A program made the position numbers and the translations under genes. Shown here piece after piece: positions 48,722-60,804 of a DNA stretch of 64,000 bases. The notes below the pieces were generated by a model, which was not told the origin of the DNA, did no database searches, and was given only the letters and a program-made list of their open reading frames with translations. The DNA comes from an uncultured Alphaproteobacteria bacterium. GTDB taxonomy: Bacteria > Pseudomonadota > Alphaproteobacteria > Dongiales > Dongiaceae. How positions within the stretch are numbered: position 1 is the stretch's first letter; each line of letters begins with the position of its first letter. The DNA lies in contig CAWFKD010000011.1 in NCBI GenBank assembly GCA_963816235.1, forward strand, positions 11,069 through 75,068, in the 5' to 3' direction.

Positions 48722-50780
48722 TCAGCGCTGCTCCACCAGAAAGTTTCCGTGGTCGTCGGTGCGCGCCTGCTGTTTTGCCAGCAGGAGCAGCGTTGTCGTC
48801 GGCTGTTCGATCAAAGCCGGACCGTCGACCACGGCGCCGGTGCCAAGCACCGTTCCGTCATAGACCGGCACCTCCTGCCGGCCGCTGCTGCCCAGGAACA
48901 CGGCGCGGCGGGATTTCGGTTTTGCCTGCCCCTGCTGCGGCGGCAGTGCCTTGCCGCGCCGGCTCCTGCCGCCGGTATCGCCGATGGCGCGCACCTTCCA
49001 GGTCGTGAACTCCACGATGTCGGCCTCGTCCTTGATGGTGTAGATGCGCTCATGCATCTGGTGGAAGGCGGCGACCAGCCGCGGCAGGTCATCCTTGCCG
49101 AGCTTGCCGCCGGTCATGTCGAACGACACTTCGATGTCCCAGGACTGATAGAGATAGCGGCCCTGGAAGGCGATATTCGAATCGCTGCTTGTCGGCGGGA
49201 ATGCGCGGCCCGCTTCAGGAACGCGGCGCCGCGCTTGGTCAGATCGGCCAGGAGCTTGTTCACCTTCGCCAGCAGGAAATCCCGGTCGGTGGTGTGCTGC
49301 GTCCCCGATCTCCTCCCAGCGCACGTCGGAGATCAACCCGCCATAGGCGCTGAGGCCGGCGGCGAATTTCGGCACCATGAAGCTCTTGATGCCCATAAGC
49401 CGCGCCATCTCGCCGATGTGACAGGCGGTGGCGCCGCCGCCGCTGACCACATAGCTGTCGCGCGGATCGATGCCCTCGTTGATGGTGATATCCTCGATGG
49501 CGGCGATCATGTTGTGGTTGCTGGTGGTGTAGATGGCATAGGCCGCCGCCTCGAGAGCTCAGACTTCAGCTTTGCCGCGATCTTGCCGACGGCCGCCTCT
49601 GCTTTCGCGCGATCCAGCTTGATCTTGCCGCCGAGGATAATAGTCAGGATCGATGATGCCCAGCACCACATTGGCGTCGGTGACCGTCGCTTCCGTGCCG
49701 CCGAGCCCGTAGCAGGCGGGCCCCGGCCGCGCGCCGGCGCTCTGCGGACCCGACCTTCAGCAGGCCGCCCGCGTCGACCCAGGCAATGCTGCCGCCGCCG
49801 GCGCCGACGGAGCGCACATCGATCTTGGGAATGCCCAGCATCTCCATGCCGAAGGTTGCCTCCGGCGTGACCACGAGCTGCCGGTTGCGCAGGGCCGAGA
49901 CGTCGAAGGTGGTGCCGCCCATGTCGACGACGATCACATTTTCGGCGCTGGTCAGATGCATGCCGGCGATCGGCGCCAGAGTCGGCCCGGACATCACGCT
50001 GTAGATCGGCCGCCGGATGATCTCGTCCGGCGGCATCATGCCGCCGACGCAGTTGCCGATCAGCAGCTCGTTCTTGAAGCCGGCGTCCCGCAGGACCTTG
50101 GCCAGTTTCTGGGTATAGGCGCTGACGATCGGATAGAGCGAGGCGTTGATCGCCGTCGAGATGGTGCGCCGGTATTCGCGCGGGATCGGGTTCAGCTCAT
50201 GGCTTAAGCTGATCGGCAACCCGGGCAGCTCTTTCTGCAGGATCTCGCGCACGCGCCGTTCATGGGCCGGGTTGACGATCGACCAGAGCAGGCACACCGC
50301 CACTGCCTTGACGCCGCATTTCTTCAAGTGCCGCGCCGCGGCGACAACGTCCTTCTCGTTCAGCTTGTCGATCTCATTGCCCATGGCATCGATGCGGCCG
50401 CGGACCTCGCAGGTACGGCTGCGCGGAATGAACGGCGGCGGGAAGTCGATCTTGGTGTTGAAGGCGCGCTTGCGCGGCGATTCGCGCAGCGTGAGGATAT
50501 CCGGATGGCCGGCATTGCAGATCAGGCCGGCCTCGGCAACCTTGCCCTCGATCAGCGCATTGGTGGAAACCGTGGTGCCGTGGACCAGCATATCCATCTT
50601 GCCGAGGAATTCGCCCAGCTTCATGCCGTGGCTCGCGGCCGCCACGCCCAGCACATCGATGAATCCGCGCTCGAATTCGCCCGGCGTGGTCGGCGACTTG
50701 AAGATCTCCAGGTCCGATTGCCGGCTGTAGAGAACCAGATCGGTAAAGGTGCCGCCGATATCGATGCAGCCGACGAACAT
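48722..50780 (-). pseudogene. hydantoinase/oxoprolinase A-type subunit (HyuA family) with ~6 frame lesions in its 3' third
   Basis: The first ~340 codons are intact (MFVGCIDIGGTFTDLV...). Lesions lie at ~49748, 49636, 49553 (-1 or +2), 49305, 49204 and 49172. Each fragment continues a HyuA-like sequence in the neighbouring frame. Confidence 0.85.
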
Positions 50781-50781
50781 T

Positions 50782-51824
50782 TCAGGTCTCCTTCTTATTG
50801 TCTTTTGCCGCCGCTGGCAGTGTCAGCTCCCAATCGCCGATCAGCCCATGGGGCCGCAGGATCAGGATGGCCAGGAGGATGGCCGCCAGCACGATCTCCT
50901 GCAGCCCGGCCGGCGCCGAAACCGTCAGATCGCCGAAGCTGATCCCGCGTTCGATCGAGCGGAACACCTGCGACACCGTCGATACCAGCGCCACGCCGAC
51001 ACAGGCGCCCGTCAGGCTGCGCATCCCGCCGATCACCAGCATGGTCAGGGTGACGAAGGTCAGGTCGAGGTAGAAGGTGTTCGCCGTCATCGTGCCGAGG
51101 AAGTGGCCGAACAGTACGCCGCCGATGGCGACAATGACCGCGCTCAGCACAAAGGCGATCAGCCGTTCCCGCGCGATGTCGATGCCGGTAGCCGCCGCAG
51201 CCACCTCGTTCTCGCGCGAACAGCGCAGCGCCAGGCCATGGCGCGTCATGCCGAAGGCTGCCGCGACGATCAGCGCGACGGCGGCGGCGCCCGCCGCGCA
51301 CCCAGAGGTCGGTGTAGCGCGGCAGCCCCACCAGCGCCTGCCGTCCGCCGGTGACCGCCTGCCAGTTCGAGGCGACCACGTGGGTGATGACCAGCAGCGC
51401 GAATGTCGCCATCGGCAGCGCAATGCCGCGCAGCCGCACCAGCGGCAGGGCGACCAGCAGCGCGATCAGGCCGGCCACCGCGACGGCGACCACCAGGGCC
51501 ACCCCGCCGGGCAACTGCAATGCTTCCAGGAATGGCGGCAGGTCGAGCGGCCACGGCCTTTTTTGCCGGCGCGATGGTGAGAATCGCGGAGATATAGCCG
51601 CCGAGCGCCATGAACGCGACATGGCCGAAGGAGAAGACGCCGGAATTGCCGACGAAGACGTAGAGACCGATGACCACGGTCAGCTTGATCAGCGCCTCGA
51701 CCACGGTGCGCTGCAATGCCGGCGGCATGAAAAGGCTGACGATCACGGTGACGGCCAGCAGCGCCAGCAGCAGGCCCACGGTCTGCAAAGGCTTCGGCTC
51801 GCCGGAGAATCGCGCCAGCGCCAT
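50782..51824 (-). pseudogene. branched-chain-type ABC transporter permease (LivM family), extra bases at ~51557 and ~51298
   Basis: Three overlapping ORF fragments join as ...ILTIAPAKK / PWPLDLPPFLEAL...RYTDLWV / AAGAAAVALIV...MRSLTGA.... Confidence 0.8.
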
Positions 51825-51826
51825 GG

Positions 51827-52704
51827 CTAGACCCGCTCCCGGTCCGCACGGCGGACCAGCAGCCCCTCGGGCCGCCACAGCAGGAAGGCGATGAACAGCA
51901 GGAAGACGAAGGCGTCGCGGTAGGGCCGCATCTCCACCGGCAGATAGGCCTGCAGCGATACCGAGACGATGCCGACCAGGAAGCCGCCGAGCGCTGCGCC
52001 GGTCAGCGAGCCCATGCCGCCGATGACCGAGGCGACGAAGGCGATCAGCACCATGCTGACGCCCATCTTGTAGGACACGCTGCCGGTCTGGGTGACGAGA
52101 TAGAGCGAGACGATACTGGCCAGCACGCCGGAAATGGCGAAGGCCACCGCGAACACCAGGTTCGCCCGCACGCCCACCAGCCGGGCCATGGTGAAGTCCT
52201 CCGCGGCGGCACGCATCTGCACGCCGACGCGCGAGTGGCGGAAGAACAGCACCAGCCCGCCCATCAGCGCCAGAGTCACGGCGATCGTCGCGATCTGCAG
52301 CCGCGGCACCCGCAGGCCGCCGAGATCGACGCTCTCGCCCAGCTGCGCCATGAAATCGACGCCCATCGGCCGCGCGCCGAAGGCCATCAGCACGATATGC
52401 TGCACCAGATAGGACACGGCGAAGGAGGAGATCAGCAGCGTCGCCGGATTGGCGTTGCGCAGCGGCCGGAAGGCGAGCCGCTCCATGCCCAGCGCCAGGA
52501 TCGACACCACGAGGATCGCCGCCAGCGCCATCACGATGTAGGGCTGCCCCGCCAGGCCATAGAGCATGAAACCGCCGACCATGATCAGCTCGCCATGGGC
52601 GAAGTTGATCAGCCGCATGATGCTGAAGATCAGCCCGATGCCCAGCGCCGCCAGGGCATAGACCGCGCCCAGGCTGATGGCGTCGATGGCGTTCTGCAGC
52701 ACGA

Positions 52705-52708
<4 letters not shown>
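51827..52708 (-). CDS. branched-chain-type ABC transporter permease (LivH family)
   Basis: 293-aa intact ORF: MIVLQNAIDAISLGAVYALAALGIGLIFSIMRLINFAHGE. Confidence 0.9.
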
Positions 52709-53430
<722 letters not shown>

Positions 53431-53433
53431 GGC

Positions 53434-54193
53434 TCAGACCGGCTCTTCGCCGAGATAGGCCTGGCGCACCGCGGCGTCGTTGCGGATCTCATCCGGCAGG
53501 CCGATGGCGATGGTGCGCCCCTGCTGCAGCACCTGGATGCGGTCGCAGAGCGCGAAGATCAGCGACATGCGGTGCTCGATCAGCAGGATGCCGCAGACCG
53601 AGCTCGCGCCGGATACGGCCGACCACCAGTTTCAGGTCCTCGCATTCGGCGTCGTTCAGCCCCGCCGCCGGCTCGTCCATCAGCAGGAATTGCGGCGCCA
53701 TGGCGACGGCGCGGGCGATGCCGACACGGCGTTCCTCGCCGAAGGGCAGGGTGTCGACCTTGCGGTGAGCGCGCGCCGCGAGGCCGAGCCAGTCCAGCAC
53801 CTCCATCGCCCGCCGCCGCGCCCCGGCACGGCCGAGACCGGTGGCCATCGCGCCGGCCTCGACATTCTCCAACGCGGTCAATCCGGCGAAGGGCAGCACG
53901 TTCTGGAAGGTTCGCACCAGCCCGCGGCGGCTGCGCTCATGGGGCATCCAGCGGCCGATATCCTCGCCGCCCAGATGCACGCTGCCGCTGTCCGCCTCCT
54001 GAAACCCGGTCAGCACATTGACCAGGGTCGTCTTGCCGGCGCCGTTCGGGCCGATCAGGCCGAGCATCTCGCCGCTGTCCAGCCGCAGGCTGACGCGGTC
54101 GATGGCGCGCAGGCCCTGAAAGTTCACGACGACGTCGGCGGTCTCCAGCGCCGACGCCGTCGCGATCTCCCTTGCTACCGCCGTGCTTGTCAT
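53434..54193 (-). pseudogene. ABC transporter ATP-binding protein (LivG family), one extra base at ~53596
   Basis: GPNGAGKTT and FLLMDEPAAGLN are present. The frame breaks at IRRELG, and the next frame continues CGILLIEHRMSLIFALCDRIQVL...EEPV stop. Confidence 0.85.
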
Positions 54194-54234
54194 GCGCGGC
54201 CCACCCCAGACATCACTTCGACAATGCCGCCGGA

Positions 54235-55413
54235 CTATTGCGGCATCTTCTCCGCGCGCACCACCTGGATGACATTGCCGGTCTTGCCGCCCTTCACTTC
54301 GATCAGCAGCAGGTCGCGCTGCATGTTGATATGCTGATCGGCGGTGAAGGTGGTCGGGCCCGGCCAGCAGCGGCTCGTCCTTGAAGGTCTGCAGCGCATC
54401 GCGCACCTTGTCGGTGTCGAAGGTCCCGGCCCGTTCCACGGCGCGGCTCCAGGCTTCGATCACGCTGTAGCCGGTGATGGCGTGCGAGGTGACGGGCATC
54501 TTGTTGAACTTGGCCTTGAACTTGTCCATGAAGGCCTGCACCTCCGGCCGGATGTCGTTGCCGAACACCGAGCCGTAGGTGACGAAATAGATCTCGCTCA
54601 GGTTCGGCACGCCTTCCAGCCAGAAGTCGCCGTCCCAGGATTCCGAGCCCAGCAGCGGCTGGTTGACGCTCGGCCGCGCGCAGCTGGCGCATGGCGCTGA
54701 CGCCGCCCGGCGGGAAGGAGCAGAGCACGATGAAGTCCGGCTGCTTCGGCAGCGCCTTGATGCGGGTGATCTGGCTGGCGATCTGCGGATCCTCGCCGCC
54801 GAAGGTGTCTTCGCCCAGCAGCGCGTCCGCGCCCGCCAGTTCCGCCCAGCGCCGCTTGAAGAAATCGGCCCAGGTGGCGTCGAAGGCGATGGTGGTATCC
54901 ATCAGCACATAGCCGGTGCGCCAGCCCTTCACGTTATAGGCCCATTCCGCCATCGCCACCGCCTGGCCGGGCGCGCCGGTGGCCATGGTGAAGGCATTGG
55001 GACCGATGCCGCTGGGGCCGAACTTCGGATCGCCGGCGCAGGTGGAGAAGGCGATCAGGTTCGCCCCGTCGGCGACCGACGCCGCGGCGCTGCCGAAGTC
55101 ATAGTCGCAGGTCACGACCACCATCGGAAGCGCCCTTGTCGATCACGTCCTGCGCCGCCGTGGCGCCATAGGCGATGTCCGACTTGGTGTCGGAATAGAT
55201 GATCTTGATCTGCCGGCCGAGGAGGCCGCCCTTGGCGTTGATCTCCTCGATGGCAACCTCCATCGCCTCGGCCGGGCCCTCGTCATAGGGCGCGACCACG
55301 CCGCTCTGGGCGATCGCCGCGCCGATGATGATCGGATCCTCGGCTGCGGCCGGCCCTGCGGCGAGCAGCGCCGCGCCGGCCAGCATGGTGGTGAATGACA
55401 GCTTCTGCTTCAT
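54235..55413 (-). pseudogene. ABC transporter periplasmic substrate-binding protein (Leu/Ile/Val-binding family), three extra bases (~55128, ~54671, ~54355)
   Basis: ATG 55413 has GGGAGA upstream, then a signal peptide MKQKLSFTTMLAGAALLAAGPAAA. Four fragments in successive frames restore a full-length binding protein. The total length is divisible by 3 only because there are three +1 shifts. Confidence 0.8.
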
Positions 55414-57299
55414 GATTTTCTCCCTGTTTTTCTTGCGGCACTGCGGGACCGCCTTCCGTTTCCGTTCTTTGCCGCTGGTTTCGCGGCGCGGCTTTGCCGC
55501 CGCGCGAGCGCAGCCGGCGCGTGCCGTCTTCATCCAGCAGATGATCGACGCCGTTCGGACCGAGTTTCACCGCGACGCCGAACATCTTCCGCGCCATTTC
55601 CGGGCTCAGCCAGTTCCGGTTCACATCCGCCAGCACCCGCCGGGGATCGCGCGTTCGGGGATCGCCATAGCCGCCGCCGGCGCAGACTGCGGTAATGCAC
55701 CGCTTCCTTCTCGCTGGCGCTGCAATGGTCGAAGTCCGGCTGCCGCTCCAGCTTGCCGTTGCGGTACCGCTTCCAGGTGCCGCAGCCCGCGCCCGGCATG
55801 CCGCCGAGCACGCCCTTGGCCGGGAAGGTGCCGCCATCGCCGAAGAAATAGACCGTCATGTCGCCGGTGAGCGAACGGTAGGAACCCTTCACCGCCGGCG
55901 CGCCGTTCCAGCGGCCGAAGCCCATGCTGTCGGGCGCGATGCTGCGCTCCTCGATCAGGATCGGATAGGCGGCCTCATCCACCTCGATGGAGTCGTTGAC
56001 CATGATGCCGTTGCCGACCGCGCATTCATAGGTCAGCCAGCCGTCATGGCCGTAGGTGCCCGGTCCGCCCGACAGGCCGAGCATGAGTTGCGTGACATAC
56101 TGCACCTGCTCCTTGCGCCGCGTGTCGGTGCCCGAGACGACGCCCAGCGCCGCCGAGGCGTTGCCGCCGCCTTCGCGCCATGCCATAGGGCTCGCCGATC
56201 TGCGCGAAGCAGCAGGCCACCGCGTTCGCCAGCCGCTCATTGACATTGCTGGTGGCGCAGGAGGTGCCGATCGGATGCTGCGGCCGCCCGACCACGCAAT
56301 TGTCCCGCATCAGCACCACGATGCGGCTGGCGCTGCCGTGATTGTGCGGGTATCGAGGGATCGATGTTGTAATAGACGCCGGTGCGGCAGGAAGCGACGA
56401 CGCAGGCCTCTGTCACGTTCAGCCCGCCCGGCACGCAATCGGGATTGTCGCGGACGTCGACAGTGACTTTGCCTCGCTTGGGATCGATGGTCACCTTGGC
56501 GGTGATCGGCACGCCTTCGTCGGCCACCTTCGGCACCGGATCGTGGCGCACGGTGTAGCTCTAGGTGCCGGCCGGCAGCTCGCGGATCGCCGCGATGGCG
56601 CGCCGCTCGCCGTAATCCATCCAGGCCTCGATGAACGCCTTGATGGTGGCCGAGGCCGTACTGCTTCACCAGCTCCTTCAGCCGCCGCTCGCCGGTGCGG
56701 CAGGCGCCCACCTGGGCGCGGTAGTCGCCGTACCAGATGTTGCTGACGCGGATCTTCTGCTGCCCGATGCGGATCAGGTCGGCCTTGTCCTCGCCGTTCT
56801 CCTGGATGCGCACGCAGGGAAAATGCACGCCCTCCTCATAGATGGTGCGCGGCATAGGGCAGGTAGGTGGTCGGCTCCGGCGCGCCGATATCGGCATGGT
56901 GCGAGCGCGCCAGCGTCCAGAACATCGGCTCGCCGTCGCAGAACACGGGGACGCAAAGGGTCAGGTCGGCATGATGCGTGCCGCCGTAGAACGGGCGAAT
57001 TGTTGAGGAAGGCGTCGCCGTCCTTGATGTCGTCGAACAGGCGGGTGATCGGCTGGGTGGTCAGCTCCAGCGCCGTCACATGGATCGGCAGCGCTTCCTC
57101 GACCGATACCAGGCGATGGTCGTAGGTGAGGATGCCGCAGGACATGTCGCGCGCGTTCTTGATCACGCTCGACCGGCTGGCCTTCATGACCGTGTTGGTC
57201 ATCTCGCGGATGATCGACTTCGAACCGGTTCGACAGGACCGCCAGCAGAATCGGATCGAAATCCGCCGCCGCCGTCCGGCCGGCGCCGCCTTCAGCCAT
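55410..57299 (-). pseudogene. hydantoinase B/oxoprolinase-type subunit (HyuB family), ~7 extra bases plus an in-frame TAG; 3' end unresolved
   Basis: The start is MAEGGAGRTAAADFDPILLAVLSNRFE. Lesions lie at ~57218, 56992, 56853, 56651, 56347, 56184 and 55693. TAG at 56561-56563 sits within ELPAGT*SYTVRHDP. No frame gives a clean stop before the downstream ATG except one ending in an ATGA overlap at 55410. Confidence 0.8.
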
Positions 57300-57420
57300 T
57301 CTCGCCTCCCGACTTGTTCTTCCCGGCCAACGCTTTAGCGTGCGCGCTACCCCGGCCCCGGCGCTTCAGGCCCCCGGGCGGCGCGGGAGTGTAGCATCAC
57401 AAGACCTGTGATCACAAGAT

Positions 57421-57658
57421 GACTCGGAGGGGTTCGCAACGCGAGCCCCTCCCGAGTCATCCCGGAACCGAGCGTCAGCGAGGTTGTCCGGGATCCAGAA
57501 TCACTGAGTTGACCAGCCCAAAAATTGTCATCCCGGGGCCACCGCTTCAGCGGCGGAACCCGGGACCCAAGCACACGAAACTCGTCAAGTCATGTCGACG
57601 ACCGCCCGGTGTTCATTGGTCCCGGATAACCGCGCTGAAGCGCGGTTTCCGGGATGAC
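57421..57658. repeat. cluster of four REP-like palindromic units
   Basis: The first unit (57421-57458) is a 12-bp-stem hairpin, gactcggagggg...cccctcccgagtc. The second (57456-57496) and third (57527-57568) have the form GTCATCCCGG...CCCGGGAYCC. The fourth (57619-57658) is the same unit inverted, GGTCCCGG..gcgctgaagcgc..CCGGGATGAC. Confidence 0.7.
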
Positions 57659-57674
57659 AACAGTGTGTGCGTTG

Positions 57675-58937
57675 TTAAACCGCCCGCACCAGCGCGTGCT
57701 TCTTCTTCCCCGCCGACAGCTTGATCGCGCCCTCGGCCGATAGCATCGCCGACGTCACGGGCATCGCCTCGTCAGACACCGGCGCATCATTCACCCGCGC
57801 GCCACCGCCCTTGATCAGCCGCCGCGCCTCGCCGTTGCTGGCGGTGAGTCCGGTCCGCTGGAACAGCGCATAAGCAGGCACGCCCTTGTCCAACTCCGCG
57901 CGCGGCACGTCGATCGTCGGCAGCGCGCCGCCCACGCCGCCCTCGACAAATGTCCGGCGCGCCGTCTCGGCCGCCGCCTCGGCGGCTTGGCGGCCATGGG
58001 CCAGCGTCGTCGCCTCGTTGGCCAGGCGGATCTTCGCCTCGTTGATGGCCGAGCCCTGCAGCTTCTCCAGCCCGGCGATCTCCTCCAGCGGCAGGTCGGT
58101 GAACAGCCGGAAGAAGCGCCCGACATCGGCGTCCTCGGTGTTGCGCCAATATTGCCAGTAGTCATAGGGGCTGAGCTTGTCGGCATTGATCCACACCGCG
58201 CCCGCCGCGGTTTTGCCCATCTTGGTGCCGGCCGACGTGGTGATCAGCGGCGTGGTCAGGCCGTAGAGCGCGCGGTCGTCGATCCGCCGTCCCAGCTCCA
58301 CGCCATTGACGATGTTGCCCCACTGGTCCGAGCCGCCCATCTGCAGCACGCAATCCTGCCGCCGCGACAGCTCCAGGAAATCGTAGGCCTGGAGGATCAT
58401 GTAGTTGAACTCCAGGAACGACAGCGACTGCTCGCGCTCCAGCCGCAGCTTGACGCTGTCGAAGGACAGCATGCGGTTGACCGAGAAGTGGGCGCCGACA
58501 TCCCGCAGGAACGGAATGTATTCCAGCTTGTCGAGCCAGTCGGCGTTGTTGACCATGACGGCGTCGCTGGGCCCGTCGCCGAACCTGAGGAAATTCGTGA
58601 AACCCTTGCGGATGCCGGCGATGTTCTTGGCGATCTGCTCCTCGCCCATCAACTTGCGCGACTCGTCGCGGAAGGAAGGATCACCGATCTTGGTCGTGCC
58701 GCCGCCCATCAGCACGATGGGCTTGTGCCCCGCCTGCTGCAGCCGCCGCAACAGCATGATGCCCACCATGCTGCCCACATGCAGGCTGTCGGCCGTGGCG
58801 TCGAAGCCGATATAGGCGACGATGCGCTTGTTCTGGGCAAGTTCATCCAGCGCCGCGCCGTCCGTGCATTGATGCAGGAATCCGCGGTCGACGATCTCGC
58901 GCAGAAAACCGGACTTGAACTCGCTCGACATAGCCAT
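57675..58937 (-). CDS. tyrS: tyrosine--tRNA ligase
   Basis: 420 aa with a HIGH-type motif (DSLHVGS), KMGKT (KMSKS) and a C-terminal S4-like domain. Confidence 0.95.
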   Translation of the reverse strand: MAMSSEFKSGFLREIVDRGFLHQCTDGAALDELAQNKRIVAYIGFDATADSLHVGSMVGIMLLRRLQQAGHKPIVLMGGGTTKIGDPSFRDESRKLMGEEQIAKNIAGIRKGFTNFLRFGDGPSDAVMVNNADWLDKLEYIPFLRDVGAHFSVNRMLSFDSVKLRLEREQSLSFLEFNYMILQAYDFLELSRRQDCVLQMGGSDQWGNIVNGVELGRRIDDRALYGLTTPLITTSAGTKMGKTAAGAVWINADKLSPYDYWQYWRNTEDADVGRFFRLFTDLPLEEIAGLEKLQGSAINEAKIRLANEATTLAHGRQAAEAAAETARRTFVEGGVGGALPTIDVPRAELDKGVPAYALFQRTGLTASNGEARRLIKGGGARVNDAPVSDEAMPVTSAMLSAEGAIKLSAGKKKHALVRAV

Positions 58938-59009
58938 TTGACGCCGGTGTTAAAGGGGCCGGAGATGTATCATATTGGGGCAGTTCACCGCAAATTTCCG
59001 CAATTGGCA

Positions 59010-59061
59010 CGCGAAGGCGCGAAGCCGCGAAAGTTCGCTCTATCCCCTTCGCGCCTTCGCG
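59010..59061. repeat. 15-bp perfect inverted repeat built from CGCGAAG heptamers, in the tyrS/anmK divergent region
   Basis: cgcgaaggcgcgaag (59010-59024) pairs with cttcgcgccttcgcg (59047-59061). The loop contains a nested gcgaa-ag-ttcgc hairpin. A third cttcgcg copy follows. Confidence 0.6.
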
Positions 59062-59130
59062 TCTTCGCGTGGCCCAATCCTGCTTCTCGCCATTGCGTGA
59101 CCCGCCGCTGATCTTGCATAAGATCGACCC

Positions 59131-60247
59131 ATGGCAGATACATCGAACAAACCCCGCTGGGCCCTCGGCATGATGAGCGGCACGTCTTGCGACGGCATCG
59201 ACGCCGCGCTGGTGGAAACCGACGGCGAGACCGAGATCATCATCGGCGCCGCCCTGGCCGAGCCCTATGAGCCGGACTTCCGCGCCAAGCTGATGTCCGT
59301 CATGGGGCTGAAGGGCCCGGTGGCCGAGGTGGAGAAGGAACTCACCGAGCGCCACGCCGCCGTCGCGAAGCGCCTGCTCAGCGACAACGGCCTCGAGCCC
59401 AAGGACGTGGCGCTGATCGGCTTCCACGGCCAGACCCTGCTGCATCAGCCCGATCTCGGCCGCACCAAGCAGATCGGCGACGGCGCGCTGCTGGCCAAGC
59501 TCATGGGCATCGACGTGGTCAATGATTTCCGCTCCAACGACATGGCCCATGGCGGGCAGGGCGCGCCCTTCGTGCCGCTGTTCCACGCGGCGCTCGCCGC
59601 CTCGATGAAGCGGCCGGTCGCCGTGCTCAACATCGGCGGCGTCGCCAACGTCACCTGGGTCGGCGAGGGCGCGGTGAAAGGCACCGCGGGCGCCGCCGGC
59701 AGCGCACCGATCCTCGCCTTCGACACCGGCCCCGGCAACGCGCTGATGGACGATTGGGCGCTGAAGCATACGGGCCAGGCGGTGGACAAGGACGGCGCGC
59801 TGGCCGCCAAGGGCAAGGTCAACGACGCGGCCCTGGCCAAGCTGATGTCCCATCCCTATTTCGCCAGGAAGGCGCCGAAATCCCTCGACCGCAACGACTT
59901 CGACTCGTCACCCGTCGCAACGCCTCTCACCGGAAGACGGCGCCGCGACCCTGGCCGCCTTCACCGTCGCCTCCATCGTCAAGGCGTCGGAGCATTTTCC
60001 CGCCCCCGCGCGCCGCTGGATCGTCGCCGGCGGCGGCCGCCGCAATCCCGTGCTGATGGCCGGCCTCACCGAAAAACTCGGCGTCCCCGTCGCCCCCGCC
60101 GAACGCGCCGGCTGGAACGGCGACATGCTGGAGGCCCAGGCGTTCGGCTATCTGGCGGTGCGCTCCGTGCGTGGGTTGCCGCTCAGCGTGCCCGGGCACG
60201 ACCGGCGTGAAGGAGCCGGTCACTGGCGGGAAGCTGCATCCGAAGTA
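59131..60247 (+). pseudogene. anmK: anhydro-N-acetylmuramic acid kinase AnmK, extra bases at ~59925 and ~60197
   Basis: GMMSGTSCDGIDAALV is present. Frame 1 gives way to frame 2 (LSPEDGAATLAAFTVASI...), then to frame 0 (TTGVKEPVTGGKLHPK stop at 60245-60247). Confidence 0.85.
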
Positions 60248-60362
60248 GGGAGCCGGCGCTACTCTGCCTTGAAAATGGCTCGCCGCCGCTGCCGCGTCTC
60301 CGGCGGATTGATGCGGATCAATGATGCGCTGCCGCCGAGTACTTTAACCTTATTGATAGAAT

Positions 60363-60384
60363 CTGACGGCAATTGCGCCGTCAG
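60363..60384 (+). terminator. 8-bp-stem hairpin downstream of anmK
   Basis: The hairpin is ctgacggc-aattgc-gccgtcag. There is no T-tract. Confidence 0.25.
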
Positions 60385-60422
60385 TGAACCAGCGAGCGAC
60401 CTGCCGGTCCTCGGAGGCCACG

Positions 60423-60717
60423 GTGCGGTACTTTGGCATCATTGGCGTACTGGCGGCTCTTATCGCCACACAGCTCTACGCGGACAATGTGACGAGGCCT
60501 TGCGTCGGCCTGCGCGAGGATGCCGACAAGTCGGTATATGCCGAGGAACGGAAGGATCTCCTCCTGACCGACGACCAGTGCGAGGCGGCAAAACGGCAAG
60601 AGTTCCGCGTTGCCTTTGTTCGAGGTTCCCCAAGACGACGAAGACCCCATGGCTCTGTCGCTCGGCGCCAAGCAAGGCGGCGGCATCGTCCGGTTCAAGA
60701 TTCCGTTCAGTTGGTGA
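60423..60717 (+). pseudogene. small secreted hypothetical protein (~97 aa), one extra base at ~60621
   Basis: GTG 60423 lies 5 nt after GGAGG. Signal peptide MRYFGIIGVLAALIATQLYA. The frame turns into an Arg-rich run after RVAFV, while the +1 frame reads EVPQDDEDPMALSLGAKQGGGIVRFKIPFSW stop. Confidence 0.35.
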
Positions 60718-60804
60718 TCCGGAGGTGGCGGTGCACTTTGTCGCGTAAGTAGAGGCCACCGTCTTGTAGCGAGTCGTCGCCTACGACAGCGAAACCTCAT
60801 CGCC

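Noticed and set aside
57347-57724. Short ORFs of 75-101 aa in the hyuB-tyrS gap, and the 61-aa ORF at 61679-61864
   Set aside because: They are translations of the palindromic repeat units (Pro/Gly/Arg/Ser-rich), with no start context.
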